Positions 37,455-45,987 of a DNA stretch of 64,000 nucleotides are shown here, piece by piece. This DNA is from an uncultured Thermoplasmatales archaeon. GTDB taxonomy: Archaea; Thermoplasmatota; E2; DHVEG-1. Location: the NCBI GenBank assembly GCA_964527715.1, contig CAZGOD010000002.1, positions 1,736 through 65,735 on the forward strand, given 5' to 3'. How positions within the stretch are numbered: the stretch's first letter is position 1; every line of letters begins with the position of its first letter. The notes beneath the pieces are model-generated. The model was not told the DNA's origin and ran no database searches. It worked only from the letters and a program-made list of their open reading frames with translations. The position numbers and the translations under genes were made by a program.

Positions 37455-37547
37455 GATAATCGCCTTCCTTGGTGGTAAGCTTTATTCCTCTATTTTACAT
37501 TTACTCACAGAAAGTTAGAAAAATATTTTAAACAAAGAAGTTTGGAA

Positions 37548-38405
37548 CTAATTTATGAACAATATGGAGTAATCACATTTTTCTGCTATTTTTTGTTTAA
37601 AACGTTTAACTGGTAGACCTAGTATGCCTTTTTTTTTCTTTTCACGTCCGATTATTATTAAATCTGCTTTGAGTTTTTTTGCTGCTTTGAAAATTTCTTT
37701 TTCCGAGCTTCCTTTTACCAAGTTAATGTTTATCTCTTTTTCCTTAAGCTCTTTTACAAAGTTTTGGCCATTTTTTATGAGGGCTTTCGATGTTTTAGTT
37801 CCGGATCGTTTACCGGCGGTATCAACTTGTACACTGTCCTCTACGTCTACGATATATATCATGTGTAAGTTGCATCCTAATGACTTAGCTAGTTTGATAC
37901 TGAAATCTGGTACTTTTTGATTTGGTGCTAGGTTTGAACAAACAGCAAGTATGTTTTTAATTTCATTGTTTGCTTCTATCCAGATTGGTATATTGACTTC
38001 GTCAAATAGTCGATAGTTGAGTATGCATTCTTTTTCAAAGCCCATTACAATTAGATCGTATTCTTTTAATCTTAATTCTCTTTTTACGACGACGCTAAAT
38101 TCTCCTTCAGCTATTTTCTCTTCAAAATTGATTTCTTTGTCTTTAAAAAAGAATTTTGCGTCATTAAAAATAATGTTATATGCAGCAAGTTTTTGTTTAC
38201 TAATTATTTCTTTTTTTGTTTCTGCTATTTCCTGGGACGTCAGATAGATATTTGATAATTTATCTGTTTGATTGAGGGTTTTTTCTTCAATTATGTAAAC
38301 TAGAGTTAAATTACTTTTAAATTTTTCAGCGAGAAAAGCACTTCTTTTTAGTATGTTTTTTGAGTAAAATTCAGAGGATACAGGAATTAAAATATTTTTA
38401 AACAC
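37548..38405 (-). CDS. Universal stress protein (tandem USP domains)
   Basis: FKNILIPV, DLIVMG, ADLIIIGR, CDYSILFI; GTG start. Confidence 0.75.
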   Translation of the reverse strand: MFKNILIPVSSEFYSKNILKRSAFLAEKFKSNLTLVYIIEEKTLNQTDKLSNIYLTSQEIAETKKEIISKQKLAAYNIIFNDAKFFFKDKEINFEEKIAEGEFSVVVKRELRLKEYDLIVMGFEKECILNYRLFDEVNIPIWIEANNEIKNILAVCSNLAPNQKVPDFSIKLAKSLGCNLHMIYIVDVEDSVQVDTAGKRSGTKTSKALIKNGQNFVKELKEKEININLVKGSSEKEIFKAAKKLKADLIIIGREKKKKGILGLPVKRFKQKIAEKCDYSILFIN

Positions 38406-38453
38406 GTGGATTTGTTCCCCCTGCAGAAATATTTCGACTTGTATTTATATTTT

Positions 38454-39881
38454 TCATAGGTGTAAAACTCCTATCCAGTAGACAACTGCGATGACAAAAA
38501 TTAGGATTATACATAAAACATTAGCTAAAACACCTGCTTTTAGTAGATCCCGTGTTGAAAAATAACCTGAAGAATATGTGATAGCATTTCCTGGTGTCGA
38601 TATTACGAATACAAATGCTAATCCACCAGTTAGTGCAATTGTCATTGATGCTAATAGAGGGCTGATATTCGTTATTGTTGTTGCAATTGAGAGACCAATT
38701 GGCAACAGTATTGCTACTGCTGCTATGTTTGACATAATATTTGTTAAAATTACTGTAAAGAGTATCATGGCTAATATTACGATTAGCGGATTATTTCCTG
38801 CTATGTTAAAGATTCCATCAGCTATCCATCCTCCTGCACCCGTTGTTTGCATGCCAATGCCAAGTGTGATTGCTCCCCCATATAGTATTATTAGTCCCCA
38901 GGGTACACGGTTTTCTACATCTTTCCATGAGATGGATCTGGTTAAAAATAGAAGTATGCTTCCAAGTATTGAGATGACTGCTAGTCCATAGTATGTTGTT
39001 GATGAAAATAGGACCCATAGGAGGATTGTTAAAATGAGGATGAACAGGACAATTAGCTCATCTTTACTTATTTTTCCGGCTTTAACTACTTGTTGACTGA
39101 TTTCTCTTTTTGCAGCGGATATATCTCTAATTTCTATTGGGAAAGAGAACTGTAAAATGAACCATACCAGGGGTAATGCAATGATTACTACTGGTATCGA
39201 ATAGGTCATCCATTCAAAAAATGTAACGTTTATATCTGCTTGTTGTAGGATGTCAACTGTGTAAATGTTACGGGCGCCACCTATGAGTGTCCCAAGACTT
39301 CCAATTGAGCAGCCGTAGGCGACTGCGAGCATGCTAACTTTTCCAAAGTTACTCTGCTTTGGTACAATTTCCATAGCGATTAGTATTGAGACTATGATAG
39401 GTAGGAATAGTGCAGCGACACCGTGCTCCGGCATTACAAAGGAGAGAGATGCACATGAAAGCATTATTCCAAAGGTGAAAAATCGAGGGTTGTTTTCGAA
39501 GAGACTTAAGAATTTTAGGGCGATTCGGCGATGAAGGCCATGTTTTTCAATGGCACCTGCGATGATAAACGCGCCTATTAGAAAGAAAACAGCGTTACTT
39601 CCAAATGAAGAGAAAACCTGCGTTGGTGTTCTAATATGTAGGAGCGGCTGCATGACCATTATTAGTAAACCTGTGACTGGTAGTGGTATTGGCTCTGTGA
39701 TCCATAATATTGCTGCCATTAGCAGTATTCCTATCATTAGTTGCCCATTATGTGTTAAGCCGTCTGCTGTAGGTATAAAATAAAATAGTGCGATGACAAG
39801 AAACGCTACTAAAATAAAAACAATGTCTCTCAGAGATAAGAATGAACTTTTGGTTTTAAGGAAGTTTTTATTGTCTATCAT
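38454..39881 (-). CDS. SLC13/DASS family sodium:sulfate (or dicarboxylate) symporter
   Basis: WITEPIPLPVT, EKHGLHRRIAL, SIGSLGTLIGGARN, TNIMSNIAA, STPGNAI. Confidence 0.88.
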   Translation of the reverse strand: MIDNKNFLKTKSSFLSLRDIVFILVAFLVIALFYFIPTADGLTHNGQLMIGILLMAAILWITEPIPLPVTGLLIMVMQPLLHIRTPTQVFSSFGSNAVFFLIGAFIIAGAIEKHGLHRRIALKFLSLFENNPRFFTFGIMLSCASLSFVMPEHGVAALFLPIIVSILIAMEIVPKQSNFGKVSMLAVAYGCSIGSLGTLIGGARNIYTVDILQQADINVTFFEWMTYSIPVVIIALPLVWFILQFSFPIEIRDISAAKREISQQVVKAGKISKDELIVLFILILTILLWVLFSSTTYYGLAVISILGSILLFLTRSISWKDVENRVPWGLIILYGGAITLGIGMQTTGAGGWIADGIFNIAGNNPLIVILAMILFTVILTNIMSNIAAVAILLPIGLSIATTITNISPLLASMTIALTGGLAFVFVISTPGNAITYSSGYFSTRDLLKAGVLANVLCIILIFVIAVVYWIGVLHL

Positions 39882-40453
39882 TTTCTTCTTTGTCTGTATA
39901 ATTCTTGGTCTACTACATTTATCATCTTTTTCATATCAATGTCAGGTAGTTTGAGGAATTCACAGATTTTTTTTATGTTGGTTTTAGGGTTTAATAAGGT
40001 GTCGTTATAGTTTATTAGTAGAACTTTGGTGTCTTCTCTGTTTTGTATTTTGTTTTTTATTATATTGTTCAGTTTGATGAAGGTTTTTTTGGTTTCTTCG
40101 CGGTTTTTATCTTTTATCCCCGTCATTTTTTCCATGGAGTCTAATATTTCTTCGATGTTTCTTTCTGAGTATATTATTTTGTAGTTTCCATGGGGTAGAA
40201 ATTTTAGGCCGTATGCTGTTATTTTTATGAATTTTCCTTTGTGTTTTTCTAATGGAAATGTTCCGTCCATTAGTTTGTTGATGATTTTTCCGCCTTCGAG
40301 TTCGTAGTAACCTTTTGGGTTGTTTTCATCTGATGTTCTTGACCTGTCGAAAGCAGCTGGTATCTCGCCCGCGTTTAATATTTGCATTAGCATAGATGTG
40401 CCAGACCGTTCGAGTCCAGAGATTATGTAGTTTGTGTTGATATCTAGTACCAT
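39878..40453 (-). CDS. PAPS-dependent sulfotransferase domain protein
   Basis: 5'-PSB loop SGLERSGTSML; 3'-PB-like IYSERNIEEILDS; stop overlaps the SLC13 start. Confidence 0.8.
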   Translation of the reverse strand: MVLDINTNYIISGLERSGTSMLMQILNAGEIPAAFDRSRTSDENNPKGYYELEGGKIINKLMDGTFPLEKHKGKFIKITAYGLKFLPHGNYKIIYSERNIEEILDSMEKMTGIKDKNREETKKTFIKLNNIIKNKIQNREDTKVLLINYNDTLLNPKTNIKKICEFLKLPDIDMKKMINVVDQELYRQRRK

Positions 40454-40458
40454 AGAGT

Positions 40459-41070
40459 CTACCTTTGTATGAGGCCTAGTTCTCCTAGTTTGTTTAGTAC
40501 TTTTTCAGCGCTTTCTTCAATGTTTTCCTTATCTGTGTCTATGAGTATTTCAGGGTTTTCTGGTTCTTCATAGGGGGCATTTATTCCTGTGAAGTCTTTT
40601 ATTATGCCTTCTCTTGCTTTTTTGTAGAGGCCTTTTGGGTCTCTTTTTTCACATGTTTCTAATGATGCCTTGGTGTAGATTTCAAGGAATCTGCCTTTTC
40701 CTGCTAGTTCTCTGCAAAAGTTTCGGTATTTCTTATATGGTGAGATGAAAGCAGTTATTGCGATGACACCTGCGTCTGCAAATAGGTTTGCTACTTCTGA
40801 TATTCTTCGGATGTTTTCGTTTCTATCTTCTGGTGAGAACCCGAGGTCTTTGTTTAGTCCGTGTCTTATGTTATCTCCGTCGAGTACGTATGTTAGGTGC
40901 CCCATTGTGTGTAGTTTGTAGGCTACTTCATTTGCGACAGTTGACTTTCCGCTGCCTGATAGGCCTGTGAACCAGATTACTACTCCTGTTTGTTTTAGGA
41001 GTTTTTCTCGGTCTTCTTTACTTACTTTATGTTCATGCCATGTGACATTTGTTGCTTTTTGTTCTTTCAT
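40459..41070 (-). CDS. cysC: Adenylyl-sulfate kinase
   Basis: WFTGLSGSGKST, LDGDNIRHGL..DLGFS, AFISPY, RDPKGLYKKAR, FTGINAPYE. Confidence 0.97.
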   Translation of the reverse strand: MKEQKATNVTWHEHKVSKEDREKLLKQTGVVIWFTGLSGSGKSTVANEVAYKLHTMGHLTYVLDGDNIRHGLNKDLGFSPEDRNENIRRISEVANLFADAGVIAITAFISPYKKYRNFCRELAGKGRFLEIYTKASLETCEKRDPKGLYKKAREGIIKDFTGINAPYEEPENPEILIDTDKENIEESAEKVLNKLGELGLIQR

Positions 41071-41079
41071 ATTTTATTT

Positions 41080-42069
41080 TCACCTTCCTTCTGGGTTTAT
41101 TTTTAAAAAATTTAATATTTCATTTGAGAATGATTCTGTTTTGTTTTTTGGGACTATTGCCCCTAAGACTTCTGTTTTTCCTCCACATTTGAACCCGAGT
41201 GTTTTTCCTCTTTGTATCATGGGTTCTATGTTTTTGTTGCTCCTCACATAGATTTGGTCTTTGTCATTGAAGAATCCTGTATTGATTACTATTGTGTTTT
41301 TTCCGCTTCCCCATGCGACCTTACGTGTTATCGTTGATATTATGTTGTATGGTGTGTCTATTTTTTTGTAGATTATGCCGTTGAGCTCGTCTTCTGGTTT
41401 CTCCAGTTGTTTTGTGATTTCTTCGTTTAATTTTGTGTAGTTCTGGTTCCATGTTGGGTTGTTTAGTATATCACTTGGTGAGTCGTAGTTTAGAAGAGCA
41501 TGTGGTGCTTTTTCCACAGATGTTTTATCGCCTAGTTTGTAGTTAGAATCTAAGAGATAAGCTATTTTTAGTAGGTCGTCGAAGATTAGGTTGTTTTCGT
41601 TGCAGAAATCAGTTATGATTTTGTAGAATTCTGTGTTGTTTTTGATTTTTTGTTCGTGATCCCCAATTATTCCAAGTAATGCGTATAGGTTTATTGGGTT
41701 TCCTAGGTGGCTGTTTACAATCCAGCTAGCTGATGGGTATTTATCTGGGTTTTCTCCTTTTATAATAGGGTTGTTGTGGTATACTTGTTTGATTTCTTTT
41801 CCTAGGTGGTGGTCGAATATTATTATTTTGGCGTTTTTTGCTAGTCGTAGTATGTTGTCTTCTGGTAGTGACATGTCTGCGATGATTATGAAATCGTATT
41901 TTGAGTATTCATCTAGTTCTTTTTCTGTTAGATAATAGTTGCCTAGTTCTGGTGTTTTATTATCTATGTTTTTGTCCGAGAGGTGTCTTAGTAGTAGTGC
42001 TGCTGAGCATATTCCATCGGTGTCCCAGTGATGGATTAGTAGTCCTTTTCCGTTTAGTTCCTGTAGCAT
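41080..42069 (-). CDS. DHH-family phosphoesterase
   Basis: HHWDTDG, ADMS, IFDHH, GIIGD, C-terminal CGG; real start ATG 42069 behind GAGGAG, not 42696. Confidence 0.85.
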   Translation of the reverse strand: MLQELNGKGLLIHHWDTDGICSAALLLRHLSDKNIDNKTPELGNYYLTEKELDEYSKYDFIIIADMSLPEDNILRLAKNAKIIIFDHHLGKEIKQVYHNNPIIKGENPDKYPSASWIVNSHLGNPINLYALLGIIGDHEQKIKNNTEFYKIITDFCNENNLIFDDLLKIAYLLDSNYKLGDKTSVEKAPHALLNYDSPSDILNNPTWNQNYTKLNEEITKQLEKPEDELNGIIYKKIDTPYNIISTITRKVAWGSGKNTIVINTGFFNDKDQIYVRSNKNIEPMIQRGKTLGFKCGGKTEVLGAIVPKNKTESFSNEILNFLKINPEGR

Positions 42070-42095
42070 GTTTTTTTGTTCTCCTCTTGTTTTTT

Positions 42096-43220
42096 TTATT
42101 CTACGAATGGTTTTTTGTATTTGAGTATGGTTTCTGCTACTTCTTTTCGCATCATGTCTTCTGGTGGTATTTCTCCGTTTCTGAGTAGTTCTCTGATTTT
42201 TTTGCCGCTGAAGTTGATGTGGTATTTTTGGTCGTGCGGGCAGATTTTGTCGTTTACGACGCTTCCGCATTTTGTGCAGCGTGAGAATGATCTGAAAAAT
42301 ATGGGTATTATTCCTAGGTCTGGGAATTCTGAGAATATTTCGTGTGCATCGTATGGCCCGTAGTAGTTGCCTACTCCTGCGTGGTCTCTTCCTACGATGA
42401 AGTGTGTGCAGCCGAAGTTTTTTCTCATGATGGCGTGGTGTATGGCTTCTCTTGGTCCTGCGTATTTCATGGATGTTCGTAGTATGGACATTACTGATCG
42501 TTCTTTTAGGTAGTAGTATTTCATTAGGGTCTCGTAGGATGAGAGTATTACTTCGTCTTTGAAGTCTCCTGTTTTTTTCTTTCCGATGATTGGGTTTATG
42601 AATATTCCGTCTACGAAGGTGAGTGCTGTTTTTTGTACGTATTCGTGGCCTATGTGTGGTGGGTTTCTTGTTTGGAAGGCGACTATTTCTCTCCATCCTT
42701 TTTCTTTGAATAGTAGTCTTGTTTCTTTTGGTGTGAGGTTGTATTCGTCAAATTGTCTAGGTTTGTTGTTGATGAGGTTTATTTTTCCGCCTAGTAGGTG
42801 GTTTTTCATGTTTTGTATGTTTGCTACTCCCGGGTGGTTTATGTCTTGTGTTTTGTATACTGATTGTGCTAGTGTTTTTTTATTGTAGTTGTAGAGTTCT
42901 TCTATGTCAAGTAGGGCATGTAGTCCGATTTCTTTGTTTGTTAGTAGTATTGTGTCTCCTTCTTTTATGTTGTTTTTTTCGAAGTCTAGTAGTATAGGTA
43001 TTGTCCATGGTGTGTCGTTTTCTAGTCTTTTTTGTGCTACTACGTTTTCCAGGTTGTTTTTTGTTAGGAAGCCTTCTAGCGGCGAGAATACTCCTGTTGA
43101 GATATTTATTATGTCTTCTGCGAGGTTTGTGTTTATTTCGATTTGTGGGTATTCTTTTAGGTCTGTTGGTTGTTTTTTGATTTGTCTTGTTATTAGTTTT
43201 CCTCCGTGTGGTATTGGCAT
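42096..43220 (-). CDS. sat: Sulfate adenylyltransferase (homo-oligomeric Sat)
   Basis: GVFSPLEGF, AFQTRNPPHIGHE, MKYAGPREAIHHA..RKNFGCTHFIVGRDHAG, SGKKIRE. Confidence 0.97.
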   Translation of the reverse strand: MPIPHGGKLITRQIKKQPTDLKEYPQIEINTNLAEDIINISTGVFSPLEGFLTKNNLENVVAQKRLENDTPWTIPILLDFEKNNIKEGDTILLTNKEIGLHALLDIEELYNYNKKTLAQSVYKTQDINHPGVANIQNMKNHLLGGKINLINNKPRQFDEYNLTPKETRLLFKEKGWREIVAFQTRNPPHIGHEYVQKTALTFVDGIFINPIIGKKKTGDFKDEVILSSYETLMKYYYLKERSVMSILRTSMKYAGPREAIHHAIMRKNFGCTHFIVGRDHAGVGNYYGPYDAHEIFSEFPDLGIIPIFFRSFSRCTKCGSVVNDKICPHDQKYHINFSGKKIRELLRNGEIPPEDMMRKEVAETILKYKKPFVE

Positions 43221-43233
43221 TTTGTTTCCACCT

Positions 43234-43467
43234 CTAGTCTAGGTATCCTAGTGCTCGTAGTCTTTCTTTGACTTTTTCTTCGTCTTCTTTGCTGAATGCT
43301 TCTTCTGTTTCTTCTTCTGTTCCTGCTATTATTTCTCTTAGTACGTATGTTGCGTAGGAGGATAGGGATGTGAATCCTGTTCCTTTTATGCGTTTTTTTA
43401 TTTTTTCTGCTAGTGGTGTTGGTATTGATATTGTTGTGAATTTTTTTTCATCTTTTTTTTCTTCCAT
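43234..43467 (-). CDS. CopG/ribbon-helix-helix transcriptional regulator with C-terminal RLRALGYLD tail
   Basis: beta-strand TTISIP followed by two helices (LAEKIK..., LSSYATYVLREII); SD AGGTGAT upstream. Confidence 0.8.
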   Translation of the reverse strand: MEEKKDEKKFTTISIPTPLAEKIKKRIKGTGFTSLSSYATYVLREIIAGTEEETEEAFSKEDEEKVKERLRALGYLD

Positions 43468-43476
43468 TTTATCACC

Positions 43477-43526
43477 TAATTATATTTAACTATATTTCAT
43501 TATATTTAGTTACATGTAATTATGAT
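43477..43526. repeat. Five imperfect 10-bp tandem repeats (consensus TAATTATATT)
   Basis: TAATTATATT, TAACTATATT, TCATTATATT, TAGTTACATG, TAATTATGAT are contiguous between the RHH SD and a TATA-like element at about 43526-43533. Confidence 0.6.
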
Positions 43527-43662
43527 ATATAAATTTTATGAAAAAAACAGCTTTGCACAATAACTCTAACTTTACACAGCAATTATTTATGTGTTGGTGA
43601 TAAAAACAATAAAAAAAGAAATAACATAGACACCCATTACACCACTGCTACAAGGTGAAAAA

Positions 43663-44499
43663 TTGAACAAAAAAGACGCAAAAATTGCAATACTCCGCAT
43701 AGAAGGTACAAACTGTGAACAAGAATCATACGATTCATTCAAAAGACTTGGGGCAAACCCAGAGTTCGTACATCTGAAACAACTACTAAACATAGACTGT
43801 AATAAAGATGAAAAACGAGATGTTTTTGATTACCAATGTATAATGATACCAGGAGGGTTTTCCGCAGGTGACTATATCAGGGCAGGTGCAATCTTTGCTG
43901 CAAGGATGAAAAGTAAACTTCAAAAAAAATTAGAAGAGTTCGTGAAACAAGAATACCCCATACTTGGCGTTTGTAATGGATTCCAGATCTTAACCGAGCT
44001 TGGGTTACTCCCAGGCATTGATAAAATAATTAGTGCAGTCCCAGAGTCTTGTCTGAATATCAATGACTCAGATAGATTTGAATGTAGACCAATTCTTCTT
44101 AAACATGAAAACAATGGTAACTGTGTTTTTACTTCTAAAATCCCAAAAAACGATATCCGTTTAATACCCTGTGCTCATGCAGAGGGAAAATTAATGTTTC
44201 CTTTGGATAAACAAAAAGAATATCTTAAAAAACTGGCGGAAAATGATCAGATAGTCTTCCGATATGTTGACCCTGATGGAAACTACGCGGGTTATCCTTG
44301 GAATCCAAATGGTTCAATAGATAACATAGCAGGTATTTGTAACCATATTGGAAATGTTTTTGGTATGATGCCTCATCCTGAGCGGACATTTTATAGACAT
44401 CAACATCCAAATTGGACTAAGGTTGGGCTTGGTAAGAATCTTGGCGATGGCCGAGCTGTTTTTGAATCTGTTTTAGACTATATATGTAAAAGGTTTTAG
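43663..44499 (+). CDS. purQ: Phosphoribosylformylglycinamidine synthase subunit PurQ
   Basis: GTNCE, PGGFSAGDY, GVCNGFQIL, AHAEG, GMMPHPER; TTG start. Confidence 0.95.
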   Translation: MNKKDAKIAILRIEGTNCEQESYDSFKRLGANPEFVHLKQLLNIDCNKDEKRDVFDYQCIMIPGGFSAGDYIRAGAIFAARMKSKLQKKLEEFVKQEYPILGVCNGFQILTELGLLPGIDKIISAVPESCLNINDSDRFECRPILLKHENNGNCVFTSKIPKNDIRLIPCAHAEGKLMFPLDKQKEYLKKLAENDQIVFRYVDPDGNYAGYPWNPNGSIDNIAGICNHIGNVFGMMPHPERTFYRHQHPNWTKVGLGKNLGDGRAVFESVLDYICKRF

Positions 44500-44500
44500 A

Positions 44501-44911
44501 ATGCCGAGGGTTGTCACCTGTTTATTAGTAGATAACGAGAGCAATTTGCTTATTTTAAAGCGTAGTGACAAGGTTAGGACTTACAAGGGTTTATGGGGTA
44601 GTGTCGCTGGTTATGTTGAAGAAGGTGAGAATCCTGAGGATACTGCTTTTAAAGAGATAAAGGAAGAAGTAGGTTTAGAGAGAAGGAATGTATCTTTGCT
44701 CAAAAAAGGAAAACCAATCATTTTTACTGATTTTTATGAAGGGGAACACTATGATTGGGAGGTACTTCCTTTTTTGTTTAGAATTGAAAAAAAAGGCAAA
44801 TTACAAATAGACTGGGAGCATTCTGAGTACCGGTGGATAGCACCTCCTGATATTGAAAAATATGATACAGTTCCACATCTTAGAAATGTTGTGAATGAGC
44901 TGTTATTGTGA
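44501..44911 (+). CDS. NUDIX hydrolase
   Basis: Nudix box AGYVEEGENPEDTAFKEIKEEVG. Confidence 0.9.
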   Translation: MPRVVTCLLVDNESNLLILKRSDKVRTYKGLWGSVAGYVEEGENPEDTAFKEIKEEVGLERRNVSLLKKGKPIIFTDFYEGEHYDWEVLPFLFRIEKKGKLQIDWEHSEYRWIAPPDIEKYDTVPHLRNVVNELLL

Positions 44912-44917
44912 ATATTT

Positions 44918-44981
44918 GGATGGGGAAGCCGTGGAGGTGGTGAGGAGAGATAGGAAAAAATTAGGATTAACTCCCCCATCC
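44918..44981. terminator. Inverted repeat between convergent genes (possible terminator)
   Basis: GGATGGGG (44918-44925) pairs with CCCCATCC (44974-44981). Confidence 0.25.
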
Positions 44982-45074
44982 TAACATACTATAATTACTT
45001 TGGAAGTATATAAATTTTTTTATAATAATCTTGGATAAATATATAATCTATACTAAACACTTAAAAAAACAATA

Positions 45075-45974
45075 TTAAAAACCAAAAAAAACCAAAAGCA
45101 CTGGTACTAAAAACGCAAGAAGACCAACAAAAATAGCAACTAAAGTAAACCTCCTATAAATCCTAACATGAGGCTTTTTCTTAAAAATCAACTGAAAAGA
45201 CGTACTAAGCAACATAGTATCAGTCAAAAAAATAAGAGCTAAATAAAAATAATTTAAATAATAAAGCTCAAATCTCTCCATAAAAAAAGGCAAAAAACTC
45301 AAACAAATAGCAAACAAATAAAACACTGCAGCCAATATGTTTGACCCGCGAACACCAACATAAAAAGGAAAAGATTTCACACCCCTCGCTCTGTCACCCT
45401 CAAAATCCATAACATCTTTCATAATCTCCCGGCCAACGCCAGTAAGAAACGCTATAAAAGCAATAATATAAATCACAAGAGGAACATCAACAAACAAAGA
45501 ACCGTCCTGAACCATAGCAACACCACCAAAAACAAAAGGAATAGCCATTGCATAGGCTATGTAAAAATTCCCAAGAATCTTTATCTTTTTAAGACTAACA
45601 TCATAGAATACCCCTAGAAGACCAGTTATAAGAGCGATGATAAAACAAGTCAAATTAACGAAAAATGAACATATTACGCCGAGTGGGAACAATATTACAA
45701 AGATATACAACGCAGTTTCTCTGGATAAATCACCCCTAACAAGGGGCCTATCCATTCTCCTGTTTTTCTTATCTATTTCAAGATCATAATAATCATTAAG
45801 AGCAAACGTACTTGCCTCAAGGAAAAGAACAGTAAAAAAAGTAAGAATAAACTTGTCAAAACTTGGAAGACTCTCACCTCCCAGTGCTACTAGTGAACCT
45901 ATTAACACTGCTATGGCAATCATTATACCATGCTCTAATCGCATGAGCTCCCAGATTGCTCTGAGTTTTTTCAT
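45075..45974 (-). CDS. Digeranylgeranylglyceryl phosphate synthase (UbiA family)
   Basis: NDYYDLEIDK.N..DRPL.RG and REIMKD.MDFEGD aspartate-rich motifs; multi-TM. Confidence 0.85.
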   Translation of the reverse strand: MKKLRAIWELMRLEHGIMIAIAVLIGSLVALGGESLPSFDKFILTFFTVLFLEASTFALNDYYDLEIDKKNRRMDRPLVRGDLSRETALYIFVILFPLGVICSFFVNLTCFIIALITGLLGVFYDVSLKKIKILGNFYIAYAMAIPFVFGGVAMVQDGSLFVDVPLVIYIIAFIAFLTGVGREIMKDVMDFEGDRARGVKSFPFYVGVRGSNILAAVFYLFAICLSFLPFFMERFELYYLNYFYLALIFLTDTMLLSTSFQLIFKKKPHVRIYRRFTLVAIFVGLLAFLVPVLLVFFGF

Positions 45975-45987
45975 TTCTCACCTATTT

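Noticed and set aside
42070-42696. N-terminal 209 codons of the 538-aa ORF 41080..42696, which looks like a fusion
   Set aside because: Off-frame overlap with sat on the same strand; low-complexity R/T/K sequence; a good SD and ATG at 42069 define the real DHH gene
42096-43220. sat as evidence of dissimilatory sulfate reduction or sulfur oxidation
   Set aside because: Its neighbours are cysC, a sulfotransferase and a DHH phosphatase, with no aprAB, qmo or dsr in the window; biosynthetic PAPS supply is the simpler reading
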